The notes beneath the pieces were generated by a model. The model made no database searches. It was not told the origin of the DNA and saw only the letters and a list, made by a program, of their open reading frames with translations. The translations under genes and the position numbers were made by a program. From a virus, in the IMG/VR virus record IMGVR_UViG_3300042894_004439, positions 19,175 to 83,174 of that record: 64,000 nt of DNA; one strand, 5' to 3'. Shown piece after piece: positions 1-10,265 of the stretch (positions are counted from its first letter, which is position 1; every line of letters starts with the position of its first letter).

Positions 1-14
1 GCTCAAGCCCATGG

Positions 15-1280
15 TTGCACATGAGAATCAACAATTCTGGCAGTTACGAGTATTGCAGATGGCAATCCAAAACATCTCAAACCAGCAGGATTGACGCTGA
101 TCACAACATAAGAAATCAATCACCAATTGACTACTTTCAGAATACCATGGCGCCCATACGGACAAAATTACTTTCGGGTCAAGACCATGCTCCATGTTCT
201 GAATGTCATCACATGGAACAACACAAAAAACCCAGTGGTAGACAGCGCCAGTTATTGAAAGTTGGTGTCACTGTTGACAAATTTGAAAAAACCATGATCA
301 GCAGTCCGGTATTTCACGAATTTAAATACAGCAATGATCACAACGGGCATACTAACAGATTGCCCAGTGACTGGCAGATTGATCTTGGTAATTTTTGCAA
401 TTCGGCGTGTGTGTATTGTAATCCAGAATTTAGCAGTAGATTGGCCACAGAATTTAAACGCATTGGATTGATAGATCAAATGCCTCCGGGCTCGTGGTGC
501 AACGATGAAAAATTAATAAAAAAGTTCATTGACAATTTAAGCGTCTGCAATGAATTGCATTACCTGCACTTTCTTGGAGGTGAAACACTGATCACGCCTG
601 GATTTGAAATTATTCTAAAAGGGATCATTGCCGCAGGCCTGGCCAAGAATGTCACAATAGGATTCACTACAAATCTCACTGTATGGAACAGTGATGTTAT
701 TGATTTGTTAACACAATTCAAACAGGTCAATTTGGGAGTAAGCATTGATACCTTGACGCCAGTCAATGACTACGTGCGTTGGCCCAGTGATTTGCCCGAG
801 GTCAATAAAATTTTAAATCAATGGATATCATTGTCTAAAAATCATGGTTGGTTAATGCAACTCAGAGTAACTCCAACTTGTTTGACAATACATGACTTGA
901 CAACAATTTATGATTTTGCATGGGACAATAAATTGTCAGTGGAAAGCTGTAATTTTCTTCAAGACCCAGAATTTTTAAGAATCAATGTGTTACCAAAACA
1001 ACAAAGACTACAAATTTGTCAAGGTATAAAACAATGGATTGATGCACACACTGTAGAATCAACTGCGCAAATAATAAACACACGCGATCCTGGCATTGTG
1101 GAACAACAGTTGGTACAGGATGCAGCTAGTTATTGTAATTTGTTGGAGTTTGGCGAAGATGAACACCATCGATTGCCGCAACTTGTGCAGTATTTAAAAA
1201 AATTAGAAGCCAGCCGTAGCAATTGTGTGTTAGACTATGTGCCCCAATATGAATCAATTTTCAGATCTGCTGGGTACTGA
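15..1280 (+). CDS. Radical SAM protein (twitch/SPASM-type), probably 5'-truncated by window edge
   Basis: CNSACVYC (CxxxCxxC), GGET motif, N-terminal CxxC; frame is open to the window start. Confidence 0.85.
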   Translation: MHMRINNSGSYEYCRWQSKTSQTSRIDADHNIRNQSPIDYFQNTMAPIRTKLLSGQDHAPCSECHHMEQHKKPSGRQRQLLKVGVTVDKFEKTMISSPVFHEFKYSNDHNGHTNRLPSDWQIDLGNFCNSACVYCNPEFSSRLATEFKRIGLIDQMPPGSWCNDEKLIKKFIDNLSVCNELHYLHFLGGETLITPGFEIILKGIIAAGLAKNVTIGFTTNLTVWNSDVIDLLTQFKQVNLGVSIDTLTPVNDYVRWPSDLPEVNKILNQWISLSKNHGWLMQLRVTPTCLTIHDLTTIYDFAWDNKLSVESCNFLQDPEFLRINVLPKQQRLQICQGIKQWIDAHTVESTAQIINTRDPGIVEQQLVQDAASYCNLLEFGEDEHHRLPQLVQYLKKLEASRSNCVLDYVPQYESIFRSAGY

Positions 1281-1683
1281 CATTCAACTCAATGTGCAAT
1301 TACGACTGTCAGCTATTGTTGACAACGGCGTACCCACTGCCTTGGTCAAATACAACAATAAAATTTTGTTAAATCAAACACTTGATAGTGCAGTTTGTAT
1401 AAACTGGGATTGTGGTCTGCTTGATCCCATGTGCATCCAGGTAGAACTCATTGATAAAATATACAATGATCAAAAAGAAACTGCAATAATTATTGAATCC
1501 TTGACAGTTGATGGTGTTGCACTGATTCCTAAATACAATAATTTGATTACTTATGTCAATGATCATGATATAGATACTCCTACTAATTATTTGGGATTCA
1601 ATGGCATTTGGGAATTGCATATTCCTAGGCCATTTTATCAATGGCTACACACCGTGCAAGGTCAAGGACTGTTGATCGAATAA
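1249..1683 (+). CDS. Hypothetical protein
   Basis: ORF overlapping both neighbours; ATG at 1249. Confidence 0.6.
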   Translation: MNQFSDLLGTDIQLNVQLRLSAIVDNGVPTALVKYNNKILLNQTLDSAVCINWDCGLLDPMCIQVELIDKIYNDQKETAIIIESLTVDGVALIPKYNNLITYVNDHDIDTPTNYLGFNGIWELHIPRPFYQWLHTVQGQGLLIE

Positions 1684-2756
1684 TGAAAATTAGACTAATT
1701 GGACTACGCAACAATCTAGGTATTGGTCGGCACTACACCTGCTTTGCAGACGCTATCAAAAGAGTCAACGGCATTGGTAATCTTGTGGAAGAAATCAACT
1801 TTCAAGATTCGGCACAATTAAATTCAGCAGTGCAACAAAGCCAACCTGGAGACATCAACATCAGCTTTGTGCCCATGAACATACATGAACATTTTTGCGG
1901 ACACAACGTTCAATGGACTGTGTTTGAAAGCACTCGCATACCCAGTTTGTTGATGAAGGTATTGCCACATGCTGACAGTGTGTGGGTTCCCAGTGGTTGG
2001 GGACAACAAACATTGATTACTCACGGAATTGATCCAGCCCGTGTGGCAGTGGTTCCTGAAGGCGTGGACACAGATCAATTCCATCCGTATGCTAGACCCA
2101 GCAACTTGGGCCGTCCGTTTAGATTTTTGTTTGTGGGCAAATACGAACAAAGAAAAAGTTGCAACGAAGTTATCCAAGCATTTGCACAAGCATTTGGCAA
2201 TAATCCAATGGTAGAGCTGGTGATCAAAACAAACTATTTTGTAGGATACGGGCTGACTCAACAGGATTTAGAAAAATACATACAAGATCAAGGGCTAACC
2301 AATGTGCAAGTGTTCTGGGGCGAAGCTGATAATCTAGTGGACTTTTATCGCAACTGTGACGTTTTTGTGTTGCCATCCAAAGGCGAAGGTTGGGGCCTGC
2401 CCATCATTGAAGCTGCCGCATCAGGTATGCCCATTGTGTCAACATTTTACAGTGGGCATAGAGAATACCTGCAACACATAACAAGTGGCACAGTGCCTGT
2501 GGACTACAAATTGGGCACAATTGAGTGTCCCGAATACCACAGATTTTATCCCGAACCCAGCAACAATTGGGGACTATGGGCCATACCTGATGTTGACCAT
2601 TTGGCAGAATGCCTGAGGTTTGCTAAAAATCACTGGGATTTTTTAGCACCCAATGCTCTTAAAAACAGCAGGGTTATCAGAACTGAATTTAGTTGGGCAA
2701 ATAGCGTAAATTCTGCCCTAAAAACCCTTCAAAATCAAGGACTTTTATCTGGTTGA
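1683..2756 (+). CDS. GT-B glycosyltransferase (GT4-like)
   Basis: FLFVGKYEQRK and DVFVLPSKGEGWGLPIIEAAASG (ExFGxxxxEA-type motif); start coupled to upstream stop (TAATG). Confidence 0.9.
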   Translation: MKIRLIGLRNNLGIGRHYTCFADAIKRVNGIGNLVEEINFQDSAQLNSAVQQSQPGDINISFVPMNIHEHFCGHNVQWTVFESTRIPSLLMKVLPHADSVWVPSGWGQQTLITHGIDPARVAVVPEGVDTDQFHPYARPSNLGRPFRFLFVGKYEQRKSCNEVIQAFAQAFGNNPMVELVIKTNYFVGYGLTQQDLEKYIQDQGLTNVQVFWGEADNLVDFYRNCDVFVLPSKGEGWGLPIIEAAASGMPIVSTFYSGHREYLQHITSGTVPVDYKLGTIECPEYHRFYPEPSNNWGLWAIPDVDHLAECLRFAKNHWDFLAPNALKNSRVIRTEFSWANSVNSALKTLQNQGLLSG

Positions 2757-2781
2757 CCAAATACTCCCAAACTGCTATAAT
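2753..2781 (+). promoter_or_regulatory. Sigma70-type early promoter; ATG 6 nt after the -10 box (leaderless)
   Basis: TTGACC-17bp-TATAAT with extended TG. Confidence 0.85.
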
Positions 2782-2787
2782 CATAGT

Positions 2788-3027
2788 ATGAAATTAGATA
2801 CTGATGAAATTTTGCAATGGGCCGGAGCTGTGTTTATTGTAGCAGGACACAGTTTAAATGCCGCAGGTCCTGAGGCCTATCCTTACAATATCCTTACATT
2901 TTTTATAGGAACAATACTGTTTCTGGCCTGGACTATCCGTGTTCGAAACAAGCCACAGATGTTTGTGAACCTGGTGAGTGTGGCCATTGGGTTTACAGGA
3001 CTAGTAAAAGCAATTGGCCAAGTTTAA
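2788..3027 (+). CDS. Small membrane protein (about 3 TM)
   Basis: Three hydrophobic segments. Confidence 0.7.
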   Translation: MKLDTDEILQWAGAVFIVAGHSLNAAGPEAYPYNILTFFIGTILFLAWTIRVRNKPQMFVNLVSVAIGFTGLVKAIGQV

Positions 3028-3042
3028 AGGAAAACATAAGCA

Positions 3043-3411
3043 ATGAAAGCATTTCTTGAAATCACTGATTGGGGCAACGAACGGGTGGTCAATCACGTTT
3101 ACTTCTTAAGCGACAGCAAAGACAAGATGTATGCTTACATCAACAAGGAAGGTCGGATTGATGAAGTTAAAACTCCGTATCGCTTTCATGTTCGCGGACG
3201 CAAGTTTAAAGAGATCGCCAACACCTGGGGATTCCGACCACGTGATGAAGTAGAAGTAGAATCAGCAGGTGAACAGTACCGGGTTCCTGGTAGCAAGGGT
3301 GCAGTTTATACTGTGACCAATGACCGCGGAAGTTGGACTTGCACCTGCCCTGCATCGAAATGGCAAAAGGGCGAGTGCAAACACATTGTGAAATTAAAGA
3401 CCGAAGCGTGA
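3043..3411 (+). CDS. SWIM zinc-finger protein
   Basis: WTCTCP...CKH (CxC-n-CxH); AAGGA RBS. Confidence 0.8.
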   Translation: MKAFLEITDWGNERVVNHVYFLSDSKDKMYAYINKEGRIDEVKTPYRFHVRGRKFKEIANTWGFRPRDEVEVESAGEQYRVPGSKGAVYTVTNDRGSWTCTCPASKWQKGECKHIVKLKTEA

Positions 3412-4101
3412 CTTGAAGTAGTTGAAGTTTTGCAGTTGTTCTTCTGCTGTTAATGTTCTGTTATACATCAACACCACAGCAATCTTACCTTGCATGTTGC
3501 GATTCTCATAGCCACTGGTACCAACATATAATTGTGTAGGTCCAGAGAAAGCAGGGTTGGTTGTTGTGCCTCCCATGACATTCCATCCGGCCACTGCCTG
3601 ATCGCTTGCTATTCCATTTACGTAGAAAGTGGTTGCACCAAAGGTTCCAGCAGCCCAATCGTCGTCATTGCCGGGATTGGGTGCTTCCCAGCCGTTGTTG
3701 TAAAATCTCATGCTCTTGTCGCCTGGGATACCAAATAGGCCTGCTAGTCCACTCACAGTGAAATCAGGTTGGAATACCATGGTAAAATCTTGATACACAT
3801 TGGTTGATGCAGTGTGGATACTGCCACCAAATGAGTTTGATCCACTACCGCCTGCATTGGTAGACCAGTTGAAATAACTGGTCTGGCCATCAGCCACATA
3901 GGATATAGCACTGTAGTCGTTGACCACAGTTCCGTTATTGGCGGCAGTGGACAAGTCAGTTACGGCAGTGCCTGTTCCTGGGTAACTGGCAGGATCGCTA
4001 AAATCGTAATGTAATACTAATCCATCAGTGACTATTGACGAAGTCTGTGTAACGGACACGCCAGCTCCAACAGTGATTCCAGGTCCTATAGTTATGGCCA
4101 T
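3394..4101 (-). CDS. LamG/concanavalin-A-like virion-associated protein
   Basis: IVTDGLVLHYD...SYPGTGT..DLS N-terminus and YNRTLTAEE...NF C-terminus typical of phage LamG proteins. Confidence 0.75.
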   Translation of the reverse strand: MAITIGPGITVGAGVSVTQTSSIVTDGLVLHYDFSDPASYPGTGTAVTDLSTAANNGTVVNDYSAISYVADGQTSYFNWSTNAGGSGSNSFGGSIHTASTNVYQDFTMVFQPDFTVSGLAGLFGIPGDKSMRFYNNGWEAPNPGNDDDWAAGTFGATTFYVNGIASDQAVAGWNVMGGTTTNPAFSGPTQLYVGTSGYENRNMQGKIAVVLMYNRTLTAEEQLQNFNYFKSRFGL

Positions 4102-4104
4102 TGT

Positions 4105-7100
4105 TTAACTTATCTTGGTGTAACCGTAATTTACAGTTACAGCGTTGCCGCTGGTGTTGTTGATACCAAAAGAGAACACATTGGTGTTGGCCACCGCAGG
4201 TTGAGCATTGGCGATAGCACCGGCTGTGCCTATAATCTGAGCAGGGATGCTGGTAAACATCAATATGTTGCCACCGCCTTCATAGTTCCAGGCAAACTGT
4301 TGACCTATCACTGGCACGTTGGTGTTGGACACACTGACCGTGGCATTGTAGACTATGATACCGTTGGGTATGTTACCAAGGACCCATAGTTGATACGTGT
4401 TGTTGATCGGCACAGTGAAATTCTGTGTGCTGTTGCCTACGGGCACAGTCCAAGTGCTTTCGAATGTTGTGGCAACATTAGATAAGGTATTACCATTACC
4501 AAAGAAATTAGCGGCTGTAACATTGCCTGTGGCACTGATATTACCAGCTGAAATATTACCGGCACCAGTGATGTTGCCGCCACTCATGGTGATGGCACCG
4601 CCTGAGCCTGTGGTAATTAAATTACCGCCGGTTATGTTGCCAGAACCTCCTACTGTACCAGTGCCAAATGCTACATTGCCATTGAAATTTGCACCATTGA
4701 CATTTCCGCCAGTTATAGTACCTGATCCAACAGTTAAGTTTCCACTGACAATGTTGCCAACAGCACTGATGTTGCCAGGAGCACTCAAATTGCCAGTAGT
4801 ATCAAATTGCCAAGTTCCACTAACAGTGGTAATAAAACCACCATTGCCACTAACGCCCATATAAGAGCTTTCATCAGCAGTTATCAAGTTTACATAACCA
4901 CCACCAGCAAATAGATCCAAATTGGCGCCTAGGGGTCTAATTCGACTGCCACCGGGCAATGTTAATGTGCCAGCGGTATTAAATATCCACTGTGCTGAGT
5001 TACCAGCCGCATCATTGCTGTTGATTACGATGTTGCCGGTATTGGCCAACTGTATATACTTGTTGTCATCGCCGATGAACTGATTGAAGTATTGATTGTT
5101 GCCGGTGTCAAAATGTATGTGTGTGGGTTCGTCAATGATATTGCCCCGCACTCGCAGGTATAAATCATTTGTTAGGGACACAGGATCCGGTGCAAGATAC
5201 AGTCCACTCTGTGTGTTGCTGGTGCCGGTGCCGATCACTGCCTCACCATTGAATGTGACGCCGCCGGTTACTCGATTACCGTTGGCATAGTTTATTGCGA
5301 TAATATTACCCGGCAAGGTCAAGTTACCATTGGCACCAAAGGTCCACTGTGCTGTGTTGCCTGTATCGTCGTTGCTGTTGACCACGACATTACCGGTATT
5401 GGCCAACTTGACATACAAGTTGTCGTCGCCTAAGAATAACTCTGTGTTGTATAAGTTGCCTGTGGTCAAGTGCAAGTGATTGGCATCATTGACTGTGGGA
5501 TAAATCAACAACTCTTGATCAGCATTGGTTCCACCTGTTGGTTTTAAAGCAATGGCACTACCACTAAGTCCGCCGTCCGGAATGTTGGTTTCATAAACAA
5601 CACCACCCATTGGCAAGTTGAGGTTACCAGCCCCGTCAAAAGTCCAGGTACCACCGGCTTGAATCACAACATCACCTGCCAATGCGCTTGCATCAGCGGC
5701 ACCCGAAGTTAGATAGATAGTGCCACCATTAACGCCATTACCAGTGCTGTCGCCAGCTTCGATGATTACATTACCACCTGCAGCACCTCTATCAATATTG
5801 CCCATGTTGCCGCCAGCATCGCCGGCACGGAGTGTGAGTATACCACCGTCTTGGGCAGGATAGTTGTCAACGCCAGTGGAAGCCGCACCGCCCTGGCCGC
5901 CCTGTATGGTAATAGTTCCGCCTGATCCACCAAAATCAACGTTGGATGCTCCACCGCGGCCGCCTTCAATCACAACATCGCCGCCACTGCTGTCGCTGTC
6001 TTCGGCCGAATCACCAGCAAAAATATTGATGTCACCACCTTCGGAAGTAGATCCTGCACTGCGATCACGAGCCTGTAACAAGATGTCATCGGCTGAGTAG
6101 AGTTGTATGTCTGCACCGTTGCCTGTGGCACGGTTGTCGATGTCTATGGTAGCTGTACCAACAATATTGCCGGGAATAGTTACATTACCTGTTGTGTCAA
6201 AAGTCCAGGTACCTGCACCTGCTACCGCCACTGTGACATTGCCGTTGGCCGTGGCTATGGCCACGTTGCTGTTGCCGTTTGAAATGCTTGACGTGGACAC
6301 ATTGATACCGGTCAGTTGGCTGCCGTTGCCAAAGAAATAGTTGCCAGTGATGTTGCCTGTAGCACTGACCAATCCAGTAGTAGTAATGTTGCCGCCTGCA
6401 ATGTTACCACTGGAGGGTTCAACTGTGGCATAGTTTACATATTTTATGTTGCCATCATAAGTCATTATACTCATGGCACCATTGGAGGTGATATCTTGTG
6501 TGACCACAGGAGCTGGTAAACTGGTCAATTCACTGCCGTTACCTTTGATGTAAGCACCTGTGACGTTGCCAGTGGCACTGACGTTGGCCGGTGCTGTCAA
6601 GTTGCCATTTGAGTCAAAGGTCCATTGATAAGTGCCACCCAGACTGCGCACCGTGACTTGGCCATCACCGGTTATGCTTACGTCTGAGGCACTGGTCTGC
6701 ACTATGCTGGCATTGGACCAGGTCAAACTTCCACCGGTAATGCTTATATTACCAGCAGTGATGTTGCCTGTAGTTGATATGCTGGTGTTACTATCGTTTT
6801 GTAATACAGCATTGCCGTTGACTGTAAGCACATTGCCTGGGCTTAGACTGACAGGCACATTGTTCATAAAAATGGTAGCGTTCGACACATACAAATCGTT
6901 CCACTGATTTGTGGCATTGCCCAAACTGTAAATAGCATTGCCACTTGGAATGATATTGCCGGCCCATCCTGATTCACCGTAGGCCACAGCATTGCTATTG
7001 CCATACGTTGCTGGGAATCCATTTGCTTGACTGACATTGCCAAAGAAATATCCACCTGTGATATTGCCAGTGGTGCTCACTGTGTTGGCACCAAACCCAG

Positions 7101-7995
7101 CCAACAATGTGACCACGTTGGCATTGCCGTAAGTTGCGGCGAGCCCAGTCAATTGACTGCCGTTGCCAAAGAAATATGGTGCAGTGATGTTGCCAACTGC
7201 ACTCAACCCAATGTTTGTGGTCCACACATTGCCGGTAGAATTATATAACAATGTAGCAATGTTATCATTGGCACCTACAGTAATGCCAGAACCATTGGCC
7301 GCATTGGCTGTGCTGGCTGCATTGGCCAATTGAATGGTCAATGTTTCGGTAACAATGTTGCCAACTTGTATAATGTTGCCTTGGACTGTTAAATTTCCAG
7401 CCACAGTCAGGTCACCATTTACCGAAGTGCCGGCACTGATGTTTAGATACTGAGAATACACTGTGGCCCAACGACGTGTTGCACTACCTAAATTTCTAAT
7501 GTTTGCTGTGTCTGGAAGCACAGATGAATTGACTACTACTGTGCCAACTCCATTGGGCACCAAGTTGATATTGCCATTGGTATTGGTGGTTAGAACAGTG
7601 TTGTTGGCAATTTGGATATTGCTGTTCACTGGACCTGCAGCAAATATTTGGTCAAAGTTTACATTAACTGCCGTAAAAGCCGTGATCAATGATTCACCTG
7701 GAGGTACAGTGTTGATGATCTGTTGACCACCCGAACTAAAAACCGCAGTCATGTTGCCCGAAGCGTTGGAAACTGCGTATGTTGCACCACCTGGCAAACT
7801 GGATAGGGTTATTGTGCTTGTGGGATATCCTGGTATCACTGTGCCAATGTAATAGGTGGCATTGGCCGTGATGCCACCAAACGTGTTGCCCGAAAACACA
7901 ATGGGCAGACCCGAAAACATATTGTCCACGGAATTGACGGTTATGATATTTCCAACAGGATTGGCAGCAGTGGCGTAAATGGTATATTGTGTCAT
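4105..7995 (-). CDS. Long modular tail-fibre/adhesin-like protein
   Basis: 1296 aa, G/N/T-rich GNIT repeats, repeated FFGNGSQLT and WTFDxxGNL modules. Confidence 0.75.
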   Translation of the reverse strand: MTQYTIYATAANPVGNIITVNSVDNMFSGLPIVFSGNTFGGITANATYYIGTVIPGYPTSTITLSSLPGGATYAVSNASGNMTAVFSSGGQQIINTVPPGESLITAFTAVNVNFDQIFAAGPVNSNIQIANNTVLTTNTNGNINLVPNGVGTVVVNSSVLPDTANIRNLGSATRRWATVYSQYLNISAGTSVNGDLTVAGNLTVQGNIIQVGNIVTETLTIQLANAASTANAANGSGITVGANDNIATLLYNSTGNVWTTNIGLSAVGNITAPYFFGNGSQLTGLAATYGNANVVTLLAGFGANTVSTTGNITGGYFFGNVSQANGFPATYGNSNAVAYGESGWAGNIIPSGNAIYSLGNATNQWNDLYVSNATIFMNNVPVSLSPGNVLTVNGNAVLQNDSNTSISTTGNITAGNISITGGSLTWSNASIVQTSASDVSITGDGQVTVRSLGGTYQWTFDSNGNLTAPANVSATGNVTGAYIKGNGSELTSLPAPVVTQDITSNGAMSIMTYDGNIKYVNYATVEPSSGNIAGGNITTTGLVSATGNITGNYFFGNGSQLTGINVSTSSISNGNSNVAIATANGNVTVAVAGAGTWTFDTTGNVTIPGNIVGTATIDIDNRATGNGADIQLYSADDILLQARDRSAGSTSEGGDINIFAGDSAEDSDSSGGDVVIEGGRGGASNVDFGGSGGTITIQGGQGGAASTGVDNYPAQDGGILTLRAGDAGGNMGNIDRGAAGGNVIIEAGDSTGNGVNGGTIYLTSGAADASALAGDVVIQAGGTWTFDGAGNLNLPMGGVVYETNIPDGGLSGSAIALKPTGGTNADQELLIYPTVNDANHLHLTTGNLYNTELFLGDDNLYVKLANTGNVVVNSNDDTGNTAQWTFGANGNLTLPGNIIAINYANGNRVTGGVTFNGEAVIGTGTSNTQSGLYLAPDPVSLTNDLYLRVRGNIIDEPTHIHFDTGNNQYFNQFIGDDNKYIQLANTGNIVINSNDAAGNSAQWIFNTAGTLTLPGGSRIRPLGANLDLFAGGGYVNLITADESSYMGVSGNGGFITTVSGTWQFDTTGNLSAPGNISAVGNIVSGNLTVGSGTITGGNVNGANFNGNVAFGTGTVGGSGNITGGNLITTGSGGAITMSGGNITGAGNISAGNISATGNVTAANFFGNGNTLSNVATTFESTWTVPVGNSTQNFTVPINNTYQLWVLGNIPNGIIVYNATVSVSNTNVPVIGQQFAWNYEGGGNILMFTSIPAQIIGTAGAIANAQPAVANTNVFSFGINNTSGNAVTVNYGYTKIS

Positions 7996-8018
7996 TGAAG
8001 TAAATCAACCTTTATTGT

Positions 8019-8024
8019 TATTTA
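8019..8024 (-). promoter_or_regulatory. Late-promoter-like TAAATA motif for the fibre gene
   Basis: CATAAATA on the minus strand upstream of an AAGG RBS; resembles T4 late TATAAATA. Confidence 0.55.
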
Positions 8025-8048
8025 TGGTTAAACTTGGTTCTAAAACTG

Positions 8049-8101
8049 TTGCGTAGATTCTGCAATCGTGTTATACTAGCATCATACTGTTAGTTAACAG
8101 T
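8049..8101 (+). promoter_or_regulatory. Sigma70 promoter followed by an operator-like inverted repeat
   Basis: TTGCGT-17-TATACT; ACTGTTA-gt-TAACAGT at 8086-8101. Confidence 0.6.
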
Positions 8102-8132
8102 TATTTTAAATTTAAAAAGGAAAACTTAAATT

Positions 8133-8405
8133 ATGATCACTCGTTTTAGTCCAAAAACAAAAACCTACAAACTGTTCACAGCATTGCACAGTGGCGAAAC
8201 TGTTACTCCTGCCCAGGCTGAGAAACGTTTTGGTATCAAGAACATTTCTGCCGAAGCCAGCAGAATCCGTTCCGCTGGATTTGCAGTGTATTGCAACACC
8301 CGTAAAGCTGGCAACGGTGTAATGGTATCAGAATACGCCATTGGCAAACCTTCACGCAAGGTTGTGGCTGCTGGTTACCGAGCATTGGCCATGGGCCTGG
8401 TGTAA
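8133..8405 (+). CDS. Small winged-HTH DNA-binding protein
   Basis: Basic; L..GETVTPAQA..RFGI.N..A..SRIR..G pattern; strong RBS. Confidence 0.65.
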   Translation: MITRFSPKTKTYKLFTALHSGETVTPAQAEKRFGIKNISAEASRIRSAGFAVYCNTRKAGNGVMVSEYAIGKPSRKVVAAGYRALAMGLV

Positions 8406-8430
8406 TTCTTAGTTTAGGCTAGGAAGTTGT

Positions 8431-8458
8431 AAAAACCCTGCATTATGTAGGGTTTTTT
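8431..8458 (+). terminator. Intrinsic terminator hairpin
   Basis: AAAAACCCTGCA-tta-TGTAGGGTTTTTT. Confidence 0.8.
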
Positions 8459-8459
8459 A

Positions 8460-8488
8460 TTGACCTAAAAATCACAACAGTGTAAAAT
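8460..8488 (+). promoter_or_regulatory. Sigma70 promoter
   Basis: TTGACC-17-TAAAAT. Confidence 0.7.
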
Positions 8489-8513
8489 ATAGTTTTAGCC
8501 AAGTTTAATAACC

Positions 8514-8975
8514 ATGTCAAATTTCTTACTGCGTTGGTTGGAACGTCATGACCGTAAACGTATCATAATGGATCGAGTCAATGACGCACCTTATTTAGAA
8601 CGTTATTATGTTTTTTTAAAAGATCGTGCACGTTTTCCATTCAATGTGTTTTTACATCGATTCTTAAAAAGCGACCCAGATGATGTGCATGATCATCCGT
8701 GGCCGTATTTTACTCTCATTCTAAAAGGTGGCTACACCGAATGGATCCCGCATTTTAACATGCACGGTCAAAAAGTCATGGAAGTTGCAGTATGGCGCGG
8801 TCCTGGGCATTTTAGATTTAGCCGTGCAACCAGTTATCATCGTATTGAAATAGATCCAACAGTTGACACATGGACACTGTTTGTTCCTGGCCCAAAACAA
8901 CGAGACTGGGGCTTTTTGACTCGCACCGGATGGATAGAAAGCGAGCAGTATCTTGCTCAACGGGCTCAACAATGA
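8514..8975 (+). CDS. Cupin-fold protein
   Basis: DVHDHPW...GGYTE...YHRI cupin metal motif. Confidence 0.75.
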   Translation: MSNFLLRWLERHDRKRIIMDRVNDAPYLERYYVFLKDRARFPFNVFLHRFLKSDPDDVHDHPWPYFTLILKGGYTEWIPHFNMHGQKVMEVAVWRGPGHFRFSRATSYHRIEIDPTVDTWTLFVPGPKQRDWGFLTRTGWIESEQYLAQRAQQ

Positions 8976-9130
8976 TTTACTTAAATATTGCCATAGTGAT
9001 GCTGACCGGGTACTGGTTAGTGACCTTTGATTACACAGAACGCCGGATCACTTATATTTTTGATGGTATAATTTTTAGTTGGAATTTGGCAGAAATTTTG
9101 TTGTACGTAAATAAACTATTGGGGGAATAA
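8972..9130 (+). CDS. Small membrane protein
   Basis: ATGA overlap start (MIYLNIAIV...), two hydrophobic segments. Confidence 0.55.
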   Translation: MIYLNIAIVMLTGYWLVTFDYTERRITYIFDGIIFSWNLAEILLYVNKLLGE

Positions 9131-9131
9131 G

Positions 9132-9491
9132 ATGGACATCAACATTGGTGATATTGTGATCGGTATGGTATTCGGTATTGTGTTATCCATAATGACATTT
9201 AACTGGATAATGAACAGAATTGGTGCACAAATTGCTGCCGAACTAGAGCAGGCACTGCCTGACAACATAGGTGTCACTGTTGAGGTTGACCAAAATGTAA
9301 TTTACTGCTATAATAGCGAAACAAATCAATTTCTCTGTCAAGGGCAAACACTGAAAGAAATACAGGAAGCATTCCAATCAAGATTTCCCAACATCAGTGC
9401 TTATATTGTTGGCGGAGATCCTGCAGTTGTGGCACAGTGGAAAAAAGAAATAAAAAATGAAATTAGCAATCACATCAGATCTACATCTTGA
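9132..9491 (+). CDS. Hypothetical protein with N-terminal TM helix
   Basis: GGGGGA RBS, hydrophobic N-terminus. Confidence 0.65.
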   Translation: MDINIGDIVIGMVFGIVLSIMTFNWIMNRIGAQIAAELEQALPDNIGVTVEVDQNVIYCYNSETNQFLCQGQTLKEIQEAFQSRFPNISAYIVGGDPAVVAQWKKEIKNEISNHIRSTS

Positions 9492-10254
9492 ATTCAGCGA
9501 CATTGTTCTTGAGAACAATGAGTCAGCTGATGTGTTGATTCTTGGCGGTGATATCTATGTGGCAGACTCACTGACATCTGCAGTGACAGACTTTTTTCAG
9601 CGTGTGAGTTTTCGATTCCCTGAAACTATCTACGTCATGGGAAACCACGAACACTATCATGGAGACTATGCCAAAAGTGCTGAGCGTATTCAAAACATGT
9701 TGGATTCGTTGAACATCCGCAATGTACATTTATTGGATCGTAGCACATTAAAACTTGGTGATATCACATTCATTGGTGGCACACTATGGACTGATTTTAA
9801 CCAGCGTGACCCATTGACCTTGCACGCCGCAGGCTCAATGATGAGTGATTTTCGCGGTGTTCGAAACACCAATGATCATGTAAGTTGGAAGTTTTTGCCT
9901 GTGCATGCTTTACAAGAGCACACAGACATGATCAACTATATAAAACTAGTGCTAGATAATCGTCGGGCCAACAACATACATGATCCAAATGTTGTGGTAG
10001 TAGGTCATCATGCTCCGAGTTTTCAAAGTATCGCAGAGCAGTACCAGGGTGACAAAGTGATGAATGGATGTTTTGCAAGTGATCTAAGCAAGCTGATTCT
10101 GAACTATCCAGAGATTGTGCTTTGGACTCACGGGCACATGCATGATGAGTTTGACTATGAAATTGGCACCACACGAGTGGTCTGCAACCCAAGAGGCTAT
10201 CATGGATATGAAACCCGAGCCAACAATTTTGTCATCAAATATGTTGATGTCTAA
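9457..10254 (+). CDS. Calcineurin-like metallophosphoesterase
   Basis: SDLH, GDI, GNHE, HH and HGHMH motifs. Confidence 0.9.
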   Translation: MKLAITSDLHLEFSDIVLENNESADVLILGGDIYVADSLTSAVTDFFQRVSFRFPETIYVMGNHEHYHGDYAKSAERIQNMLDSLNIRNVHLLDRSTLKLGDITFIGGTLWTDFNQRDPLTLHAAGSMMSDFRGVRNTNDHVSWKFLPVHALQEHTDMINYIKLVLDNRRANNIHDPNVVVVGHHAPSFQSIAEQYQGDKVMNGCFASDLSKLILNYPEIVLWTHGHMHDEFDYEIGTTRVVCNPRGYHGYETRANNFVIKYVDV

Positions 10255-10265
10255 TTGTACTCACA

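Noticed and set aside
4201-7726. Many plus-strand ORFs rich in LP/V/T inside the fibre gene
   Set aside because: Antisense shadows of GNIT-type codon repeats; no RBS and no independent motifs
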